Assembly: GCF_006345805.1 (NCBI RefSeq)
Contig: NC_042997.1
Coordinates: forward strand, 163,308,001 to 163,372,000
DNA: 64,000 nt
Source: Octopus sinensis
Lineage: Eukaryota
Reading direction: 5' to 3'
Numbering within the stretch: position 1 is the stretch's first letter; every line of letters begins with the position of its first letter. Position numbers and translations under genes: made by a program. The notes beneath the pieces are model-generated. The model was not told the DNA's origin. It searched no databases and saw nothing but the letters and a program-made list of their open reading frames with translations. Below are positions 27,601 to 39,400 of the stretch, in pieces.

Positions 27601-30416
27601 ACACTTGGAAACAAATTTTATACTCTGTGCAATAATTACCAAGTCTAATTTTAAATGGTGATTGCTATGAAAGGGCAAAATTCCAGATATCAAATAACAC
27701 AATAGAAAGAAATTGCATCAATTATTAAAAAAGTAAATAAATTTGTTGATATCAATATTTCTCACCTTGTAGTTCTCCATAAAGCAATCTAGATTTAGTC
27801 CATTTGGAAAAGATTCCATCATTTTGGAAATGCTTAATCGGACTTCTTTTTCTCTTTCTTTGATTAGCTTATTTTTATTTAACTCAAGAGAATGCAACTG
27901 ATCTATTAGGGGAGAAAAAAAATAAAATAAGAACTAAAATACCAATTGTAGATGATAAAGCAAACAGTTAAGATTTTTCATTAAAAACAAACTTTTAAAT
28001 TGATTAAGAATCTAGGACAAACCTTTTCTATTTGTCCTAGATAATTCTAATTGATAATTCTAATTGTTAAACATGGAAGGTAGACATTAAACGATGATGA
28101 TGATGAATTTCAAATATTTTATTTGAGTACAGATGTTTTATAGCCAAATATCCCCACCCCTTCTTGGAATCAACTTCAGTAGTGAATTTTAAGTCTACTG
28201 CAAGTCTTACTCAAAGGTAGTTTTAACAGGATTTGGAATTCAGTTGAAGAGTCATTAAACTGCTCTCTTAATTTTCTGTCACCAATCTACCCAAAACCAC
28301 TCCTGATTCTATGACACAAACTTTCTGTTTTAACCATTTCAATACCAACCTCGCTGAAACCACCTCTGGTTCTGTAGTACAAATGTCATGTTATCATAAG
28401 TTTTGAATTAAAATCTTCCAAACCATAGTCACAATTTATGTTCCTAATACTAGCTTAATGATAATTAAGTTATTTTATTAAATTCTTCGTTATATTTAAA
28501 ATTAATTGAGAGAAACACAGAGCATCTCAAAATAAATACGGTAATAAACGGGTTAAAGGAAACTAAATGAAAACTTTCATCAAAATTTCAAATTAATTTA
28601 TATCCCAACACCAACTTAATAAAATGACACAGTTATCTAACTAAATTCCTCATTATTTTCAAAATTAACCAAAACAAAGGCAGCATATTTCAATAAAAAT
28701 ATGGTAATAAAAGTGTTAAATATTCAGTAATCCTAACACTCTGGACTTGAAACAACCATCTTTTTGACCTTTTACTTCCTATTTTATTGCTACTACAATC
28801 TCGGGAAGTTAACTGGCACAGCGACAGAAGAGATGGGATAGTTAAAAGCAGCCAGTATCAGCACTTATACTTCAAGCTATGAACCAACTAATATATCCAC
28901 ATTTCATTATTGTGAAAATACCAGAGACAATCTCAAACTGAGAAACATCTGAAAACATACTACAGGCACACTTCTGAGAGCTGTACATTTCTCTGAGTTA
29001 ATGAAAACATTAAGAAATTGTGATCAAATCACTTTTACCCCTATTAATTGTGGTTGAGCAGTTTCCTCCCACAAAATGGGGAACAAATTTAAGTCATAGA
29101 TTTCTATAATGCAAAATGAAATTGCTATATTGAATAGGACGATAAAGTATTAAGAAATTCTGTTATAGGTTCCAGTTTGAAAATTTTCTCTTTGTCTACA
29201 AAACAATGGAAAACAACAATGAACAAATATACTTACTTGCCAACTTCTCTGCAGTTTCTTTAGATTTTTTAGTATCATACAAGATCCAATCCCCACTGCC
29301 AGCAGGCCTCACAATGTGGATTGCGTCCAATTTGGAAACTAAATCTATTACACTTAGGAAGCCCATATCTCGATAATCCAATTCAGAACCATGATATTTC
29401 TGTAAAATTTTTTTTGAAAAACCACAACAAAATAAAATAAAAATCAAACAGTGTCTCCAAAATATTTCGAACATGTGAAAATTTATGTAAGAAATTCCAT
29501 TCAATACTTACTTGATATGCAGAACATAATTTAGAAGAATAAAGCCCTTCTGGATTACAATCAAGAATCTGAAAGATAAGCAACAATTATTAAACACAGA
29601 AAATCTTCCAAATTCTATAAAGAAAAATATTTTGGCATCCTATGGAAAACAAAGACAAATCCCAAAAGCTCATTACAAGGTTTATTGATTGTTTGGGTAT
29701 CAAGTATCCATTGACTGGATAACCAATGTCCACTGTCTGGATATCAAATTTCTATTGCCTGAATATCAAATAAGCATTATCTAATTGCAAAATATTTATT
29801 ATTCAAATAAATGTCCATTATCTAGTTGCTAAATAAATATCCATCAACATCCTCGTAAAATATATTCCATTGTGACTGGCTTCCGTGCCAGTGACACGTA
29901 AAAAGCACCATCCGAATCGTGGCCAATGCCAGCGTCGCCTTGACTGGCTTCCGTGCTGGTGGCACGTAAAATGCACCAATTCGATTGTGGCCGTTGCCAG
30001 CCTCGCCTGGCACCTGTGCAGGTGGCACATAAAAAGCACCCACTACACTCACAGAGTGGTTGGCGTTAGGAAGGGCATCCTGTGTTTCATCCCTTCATCA
30101 GGTGTCTTGGGGAAATTTCAAACCTGGGTTCTCATTCCTAAGGTATTTTTCAAAGTAATTATTATTATTATTATTATTCAGGTCACAGCCTGGAATCGAA
30201 CTCGGAATCTTGGGGTTAGTAGCCCATGCTCTGTGGGCATATGGCATAGTGTACTGATTGCTTTCAGGCATTAGGAAGGGCATCCAGCTGTAAAAACCAT
30301 GTCAAAGCAGACAATAGAGCTTGGCACAGTCCTCCGGCTTACCAGTTCCTGTTAATCTGTTCCACTGATGCCAAGCATGGAAAATAGATGTTAAATGATA
30401 TTATATATATATACAT

Positions 30417-30447
<31 letters not shown>

Positions 30448-33400
30448 TGATGTCATTTAAAGCACCCAGTACACTCTGTAAAATGGTTGGTGTTAGGAAG
30501 GGTATCCAGTCATAGAAACTATCTCAAATGAGACTAGAGTCTGATACAGCTTGTCAGCTCTGGTCAAACTGTCCAACCACTGCCTGCATGGACAATGGAC
30601 ATTAAATGATGGTGTATACACACACACATACATTTGCACATATATGTGTGAGCAAACGTTTCGTTAAAAATAAAAATAACAGAAGTAACTTGAAATTTAA
30701 AGAAAAAACATACCTTCATGATATTTGAGGTAATTTCAGGATTTATTTGGTCAAACATATCATTGCTTTCAGACGAATTGTTCTTTTTCTCTAGATTAGC
30801 AGCAGAGGAATTATACGACTCTCTTCTCGGTGAATATTTTTTATTATCTAATTGAAAAAAAAAAAAAAGAAAAAAATTGCAACAATTATACAATAGCAAA
30901 AGATGTGAAAGGAAAACTTGAATTGCATAGAATGACTGAATTTACAAGTTAAAAAAATTTTTTAGGAGTGATTCACATCATTGTGGTGGTTATTGATAGG
31001 TAGTATTAATGTGCAAGTAGCTACTAGGCCTAGCAGGAGTCAAACATTTAAATCTATTATTTATTTATTTCATATTTCATTTGATAAACATTGCTGGTTT
31101 CAGGTTTCCAAAAGACTGCTCATTAGTCTCATGCATTTCTGGCACCCGGCAGATGCCAGGACCCCTGGACTGGAGATACGTAAAAAGCACTATCCGAATC
31201 GTGGTCGATGCCAGCGCCGCTTCGACTGGCTTCCATGTTGGTGGCACGTAAAAAGCACCATCCGAATCGTGGCCGAAGCCAGTGCCGCCTCGACTGGCTT
31301 CCGTGCAGGTGGCACGTAAAATGCACCAATCCGACCGTGGCCGATGCCAGCCTCGCCTGGCACCAGTGCAGGTGGCATGTAAAAAGCACCCACTACACTC
31401 TTGGAGTGGTTGGCGTTAGGAAGGGCATCCAGCTGTAGAAACTTTGCCAGACCGGAGCCTGGTGCAGCCTTCTGGCTTCCCAGATCCCTGGTCGAACCGT
31501 CCAACCCATGCTAGCATGGAGAACGGATGTTAAACGATGATGATGAAGACAAGGGATTCTTTCTGCAGCTAAGACCAAATATTATATAAGACCATCTTCT
31601 TTTGGTGGGTTGAGTGATTCTCAGTGATGTCTGCATTTCACCACTATACATTAGGTACAGGCATGGTTGTGTGGTATGAAGTTTCATTCCTAACCACATG
31701 ATCCCTGGTTCAGTCCCACTGTGGCACCTTGGCCAAATGTCTTCTACTATAGCTTCAAGCTGTTCAAAGCCTTGTGAGTGGATTTGGTAGATGGAATAGA
31801 CAGAAACTGAAAGAAGCCCACTGTATATGTACACATGTGTGTATGTCGCTGTAACTTAGTGGGTCGGAAAAAGAGACAAACAGAATTAAGTACCAGGGTT
31901 AACAAAATAGATACGGGGGTCAATTCATTCAACTAAAAATTCTTGAAGGCAGTGCCCCTGTATGGCTGCAGTCTAATGACCAAAACAAGTAAAAGATAAT
32001 TAGCAAAAACACACATGCACACACACACACTGGGCTTCTGCACTGACTGTTTACCACATTCTACTCACAAGGCATTAATCAATCCTAGGCTACATTAGAA
32101 AACACTTGCCCAAGGTGATGTGCAGTGGGACTGAAGCCAGTACCATGTGGTTATAAAGCGAGCTCTTTGACCACACAATCATGCCTGTGCTTATTTCAAA
32201 TCTCAAAAATATTTTTATCCAAGATCCAGTAAATGCTGTCAGAACATTTGACATTTACTAGGTTCTTGTATGCCTAAAGCAGGGGTTCTCAATCATTTTT
32301 TACCTACTATTTTATTCTGGTGAACCCTACATAGCCATTCGATGTTTAAAAACTAGTTTTATAGAAACTTCTTTCAAAATTCTTATTTTGTTTTTCACAC
32401 ATTAACTTGTGTAGGTTGAACTATGTAAAACATTTGAAAAACAAATCTCGCAGTTTCTTGCAATACATACCAATACATACATCAAAAATACTATTGTGGA
32501 CCCCCAGTTTGCTATTTTGTTATATGGATCCCACCAAAATCTTACATGGACCTTCAGGGGTCATATGGCACCCAGTTGAGAATCACTGACCTAGAGAATT
32601 AACAGTGGGGATCACTAATTAGATGAGTAACAAAAACAGAATCATTATAAAAATCAGTTTAGACAAGATATTCTATGTTGAGAGCAAAACGTTTAAAGAT
32701 GGTATAACATCATTCATTAATAACATTTTACAAGTAATTCTTCACAATAAAGGTTCAACACAACTATAGTCTCTCAGTCTTGAATTATTTCAGGTATTTT
32801 TGCTGTTGATATACCAATATGAGAAAAAAAAAAAAAAGAGCAAGTGGAATATGGCAACATGAATATATGGTTGATGCCAGTGCCACCTGACTGGCTCCCA
32901 TGCCGGTGGCACATAAAAAGCACCCACTACACTCTCGGAGTGGTCGGCATTAAGAAGGGCATCCAGCTGTAGAAACTTTGCCAGATCAGATTGGAGCCTG
33001 GTGCAGCCCTCTGGCTTGCCAGTCCTCAGTCAAACTGTCCAACCCATGCCAGCACAGAAAGTGGACATTAAACGATGATGATGAATACTTATTTCTAAGG
33101 AAATCTAAGAGATCACATACTTTATTCATTTAACATTCAGATTATTCTGTCGAATGTAATGCTTGATTATTCACTATGTTTTGAATTAATTTTGAATTAT
33201 CTCAAAGTTTTGATACTTCAATGAATTGTTTATTTTTGGAATGGCTTTGTAGGTAAGGTTTGAAAAGTCAGTTTGAACACAAAACAGGCGAAAGTCCAAT
33301 CGATTACTGTTTCCTCAAATACATTTATTTAATGAGTCAAGGAGGGAGCCACTATATGGTTGATTGCTCTATTAGAAATAACAGCCAAATCTCACTCAAG

Positions 33401-36400
33401 TTACTCTGTTGTCTTAAAAAATGGTTACATTGGAAAATACAGCCCTACACACACATATATTCCCACCCATGCCAGCATAGAAAATGTTGAATGATTTTAT
33501 ATGGTTGTCAAAGTAATTAAATTACACACACAATTTCCTCAATTTATCATATCCTTTTATTGCTTGCAACTAATGGAGCCCACGTGGAAGTGTTCTGATG
33601 TTTCTGATAAATATTTATTTATTTGCCAATATTTTCCAATAAGCTCTCCTGAATTATCATATTTTTCAAATTGTAATGGTAATTTATGGACACCCTAACT
33701 CCCTGTATGTACAATCACTTCAATGACAATCATACTTGGTGATGGATATACAACTTAGCAGTTTCATGTATGTGCACATAATAATGTTGAAAACTCATCT
33801 AGTGTATATGTTATGGATCTCAGTTGAGCACTTGCAAAAGAAAGAGGGGTTAAAAAAGGCTGCTACAGGATCCATGTAAGATTTGGTGGTGGTGGGGGCA
33901 TGCAACAAAATAGTAAATTGGGGAGGTGGGGCTACAATGGTATTTTAAGGATCCCCTGAAAATTTTTTGCTTTAAATGTATTTGTATGTATTGCAAGAAA
34001 AAGCAAGGTTTCTTTCCCTAACATTTTACATAGTTCAACCTACACAAGTTAATATGTAAAAAATAAAATAAGAATCTTAAAAGTATCTATAAAACTAGGT
34101 TTTAAATATCAAATGGTGATGGGGGTCCAGCGGAATAGAATTGTAATCAAAAGGGTCCAAAGATTTAAAAAATGGTTGAGAACTCCTGATTTAGATAATT
34201 TTAAACAGGAAATTTTCATCATAGAACCATGGATAGTCTCAAGTGGTTTGGTATCAGAGAGGCTACAGTCTTAGAACCAAAACATTGAAGAGCTTTTGGA
34301 AAATAATCAAATCATTTTTTTTTTCTTCAGATATTCTTCTATAATCAATAACATTAAGATTATTTGAGGGGGAAATAAAAACAATTAATAGAAATCGCTT
34401 AATTATAAGTTGTCAAAAATCCAATAAGAAATTAATTCTTGAAAAATCACTTTAGATGAAATTGATAATTAAATCTAATTGACTGATCTACAAACACAGC
34501 CAGCTGTATACAATGTTGTCATTAAGTAGTTAACAAGAGATTTTTGTTCCTTTCGAATAGAAATATAAAAATCAATATTTTACCCATAAAATTACAAAAT
34601 AGGTAGTCTAGAATATTTGCCAACAAAGAGAATCTGAATAGATAAGAATCAATAGTGAAGAATTTTTAGGAAGGCAATCACAAAGGAAGATGATAAACTT
34701 AAAGGACATAACAGGCTATTTATTTCTAAAATCTTGCAAACTGACAATAAGAAATTGAAAAGAAAAACAAAAAAAATTACATGAATAATTAGCTTGAATA
34801 ACTATATTGAAAGGTGATTGGCACTTTTACATGATACTGTTTAGTCCAAGGTCAGCCTTGATGGAACAAGTTTGGGATCTAAGAGAACCATGGGTAACCT
34901 TTCTCAAGAAACAGACTGGATGAGACATGGCTCATCATCAATAGAGGTGCACTACTAAAGAAATTCACGATAATTTTTCATTGGGCATGTCATACACAAA
35001 GTCCTATGGCCAGCAAGCTGCCCATGAGTGATTTAAGATTTTCCAACATCTGCAACTATTCTCTGTCTTTCTTTTAGACACAATGTAACAAGGACTACAT
35101 TATCCAGTGTGTTCTTCCATTCATGAAGACAGCAGCAAGTGATTTGAGGGAAATTTAAGTTCTAACTCTAGCAACAAGGTAATTTTACATCAATTCCCAT
35201 CCCAGGTTAGCATGAACAGGGTAGGTCTGCAATGCAACATATTTTTCCATTATATAGCACGAGAGTTTTACTAAGGTCTTTGTTACATCATGCCATTCCT
35301 ATTCTCAGCTACTATGACAATGGACACCAAGTGAAAATTATTCTGATAACAGCACAAGAAAAGTTCTCTAGCCTTTCCCAGAATTTCCAGATTAGAAATT
35401 TTCAAAATTATGGAAAATGAAATAAAAGTAGGATGGAAGTAGAAGAGAGAGGAAAATGTTTGTCATCACTTGCAAAGTTATTTTCTATCTTTTTCATAAA
35501 TAGTTAACAACACAATTCCTGCTTGCATTTCTTTGATAATTGAAACATTTGTCCATTAAGCAATATTCTCACATAAAAAAAAAAACAAGACATCTTGAGC
35601 TAATGAGATGCTTTTATGAAGTTCATTTGATCTGTTAGAAATGGCTATCAAATCATCTTAAAACATCTCTTTTACACAAAAGTACACATTGGGTAATGAA
35701 GTCTGGAGTGTACTCTTGCAGACAATGAAAAAAGTGGATCATGTCTTTGATCATCAGTCTTCTGCTTGGGTTGAACTGAAGCTAAACAACAGTGTCAACA
35801 CAAGCATACAAAGTAGAGATGAAAACATTCTCACTTCAACAGATAAGCTGGTTTCAATTAAAAAGAAAGTTGTAATTTGGAAAAATAGAGCTGAACGTGG
35901 TAACTTCAAAATGTTTCCCTTTAACCCTTTAGCATTTAAACCAACCATATCTGGCCAAAAGTATTCAGCCTGTTTTATGTTCTAACTGGCCAGATCTGGT
36001 CTCACACCAACCCTACAATATCGTTTTAAAAATTAACAGCTACCTCATCAAAATCTCATAGCTACAAGATAATGCATGATTAGTTCAAAACAATGTGGAT
36101 AAAAAGGATTAATTTTGGCAGAATAATGCGGACACTAAAGACTTAATACATAAAAGCTGCATAAAAGAAACAACTCCTATTGTATTTGAACATTTGACAA
36201 ATCTGGAAGGAAAAATAAACTTTTATTTTCTGTCATTGAACACAGAAGAGTATGATTGGGTTCAAAATCCCTTCATAAAAATTCCATCTAATATTGGCCT
36301 GAAAATATGAAGAAGAGGAACTGGCATCTATATCCAGTGATTGCGGACTTAAAATCAAATATGCTGAGTTACCTATTGATACATTTTGGAATACTATTAT

Positions 36401-39400
36401 AGGAGAATACCCCTCAGTAGCACAAAAAAGCTTTATCTGTTTTGATGCAGTTTTCCACATCGTGTTTATGTGAGTTAGGGTTTTCAACCCTCAATAACAT
36501 CAAATCCAAAAAAATGAGAGAGGCTCTGTTACATCGCAGAAGAAATGAGGGTTTGTCTTTCTCAAATATGTCCCAATATTGAAAACATTTCCAAAAAACA
36601 TCAAGTGCATGTTTCTCATTGATAACTTTGCTTCATATATTGAATAAAGAGTAGGTACGTGCAATTTTTATGTATTATTAATTATCTATATATTGCTTTA
36701 TAGTTTATGTTATGCTAATATGTATAAAACCTCTTTTGAATAAATTTTAGAATTTATGTCCAAAGTGTGCCAAAATATTTTAACTTCTTGTAAGGTGTGC
36801 CAAGAGTAAAAATAAGTTTGGGAACCACTGTCCTAGACCTTCAGATGAATAGCTCAATGGCCAAGCATGTTTCCTTACAAGACATAATGCTAAGACAAGG
36901 GGAAGATATAAAACACGCTGGAACACTGCTTTAAAAGTTTTTTTTTAGTTAAAGAAATTGACTCCAGCCTAGTACTTATTCTATATATTTTTTTTTTGTT
37001 GATGAAACACAACACAACATGCAGTTGTCATGGTAACAAACTGTTAATTGGCTAAAATTACCCAAATTTTCCCAATTCCAAATAACATCAGATTCATTAA
37101 TTTACGAGATAAAGTAGAGGCTGATTTTGTCAATCAATTTAACTAGATCCTGTTTTTCTGTTGTTGACCGTTTATCACTGGTTCCTTCGATACTGGCTCT
37201 TTGATTCACTGAGTGACAAATTTTGCTTCAACCTGTACAATTCTTTATTTTCCGTAAAAATTTCTTATTTACTTTCTGCTCATCATAGTAAGAAACATAA
37301 TTTCCGTTACCAAGTTATTTTCATTGTTTACTATCTTCTGCATCTGGGTATTTCTGTATACGTATATAACCATGCCTAGAAGGAAAGTGTCAAATTTGTC
37401 TACAATGTCACGGTCAGCCAAAAGAATGTCTCTGTCTAGGGAAAAAGAGACAACTGCACAAAGGGAAGCAAGCCAAGAAACGAACAGACTGTGCACTACA
37501 AAAGCCAGAGCATCTCAAAGTGACGAACAGAGGTATGCACGCCTGACAAGGAATAGGGTTTCCACTGCAGAACGAAGAGCAGTTCATTGTGCAGATGACA
37601 CTAGAGTTTCCATTGGTGCAATGATAATAGAGTGCATACATTGTGAAGCAAGGAAGTGGCCTGGAGATCTGCATAATCTAGACGGTGTTTTGAAATTTCA
37701 TTATTTTCTTTAACCCGGGCAGCACTGGGTATTTCTACTAGTGTGTGTGTGTGTGTATGGAGAGAATTCATGAAAAAAACAAAAGATGAAGACAGATAGT
37801 GTAGAAAACAAACAGATGTATTAGTATCACGCTCAGGAATTGAAAAAGTCTTTTATGTTTCGAGCCTACGCTCTTCTACAGAAAGGAACACAGAAAGAAA
37901 CAAGGAGAGATAAAAATGTGTGTAGTGGCTACCGATCTGACAGGCTGCTTTCAGTCTCCATCAACCAAGTCCACTCACAAGATTTTGGTTGGTCTTGGGT
38001 AAGAAGATATTTGCCCAAGGTGCCATGCAGTGGGACTAAACTTGGAACCATGTGGTTGGAAAGCCAGCTTCTTACCACATAGCCACATATATATATGTGT
38101 GTGTGCATACATAGACATGGATTAACACACTACACCATTATGGCCATGCCTGCAATTGAATGTATGCATGAATATGTGAATGTGTGTATGTGTGAAAATT
38201 CACATTCCTTGTGGTGGTGATTTTAACGTTATGATTGGTTACTGTGCACTTTTTGAAGTGGAATATAAAAGAATTGCTTTTGAGACAAAGGTTGGTGACA
38301 AAAAGTGCATCAACCTGTAAAATCCTAACTCAAATACCTCTCAACATAAACACATGCTAGCATAGAAAAATGAATGTTAAACAAACACGCACCAATACAC
38401 ATACAGTGTGGTTAAGAAGTTTACTAAAAAGCTAGACATAGCTGTGAGGTTAAATTTGTTGTAAAACTGGTTTATTTTATGTACAGTCCCACTGCATAGC
38501 ATCTTAGTGAGGTGTCTTTTACTATAACACTGGGATAACCAATGCCTTGCAAGTGAATTTGGAAGACAGAAACTGCAAGAAACCCATAGTATATGTGTAT
38601 GCACATGCATGTGCATGCTGACAGTCCACTCATCACCACTTGAGCAAAATGGTGACGATATTCACATTCCTTGACAATGTAACCAGTCACTCTGATAAAA
38701 ACCTTTTCACTTGTAAACAGGTAGGAGCTGGGAACAAGAAGCACATTCAGCTGCAAAAATTTTGCCTTAACCCTTTTGTTACCAACCCTGCTGAAACTGG
38801 CTCTGAGTACAAATGTCTCGTTTTCATAAGTTTTGAATTAAAATCTTCCACCAAACCTTAGTCACAGTTTATGTTCCTAACACTAGCTGAATGATAACCA
38901 AGTTATTTTACTAAATTCTTTGTTAGATTTAAGGTAATTGAAAGAAACGCAGAGTATCTCAAAATAAATACAGTAACGTAAGGGTTAAACTCTTAGCATC
39001 TAAACCAGCCACATCCAGCCAAAATATTTTATGTTTCATGTTCAAACTGGCCTCTCACACTTACCCTATGGTATTATTCTCAAAATAAACAATCACAACA
39101 TCAAAATCTCAAAGCTACAAGACAATGTGGGATTAATTCAAAACAATGTAAATAAATAAGTGTTACATTTGAAAGAGTAATCTGAATGCTAAAGGACTAA
39201 ATAACTATCTAATGCATGCGAGCATAGAAAGACAGACATTTAATGAACATACATGACATGCATATCATTCGTATATCTTTTGAAAATGTATAACAGTGAA
39301 GGATGCAAACATCAGCAAGAGAACCAAAAACCTGGTACTCTTTGAATGTGTTGTTTTGTACTGAGCAACAAATACTCCCTTGTCACTCTAACCATCAGAA

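Noticed and set aside
31170-31400. CRISPR-like repeat array
   Set aside because: Eukaryotic context, no unique spacers, and the units are internal to a dispersed SINE.
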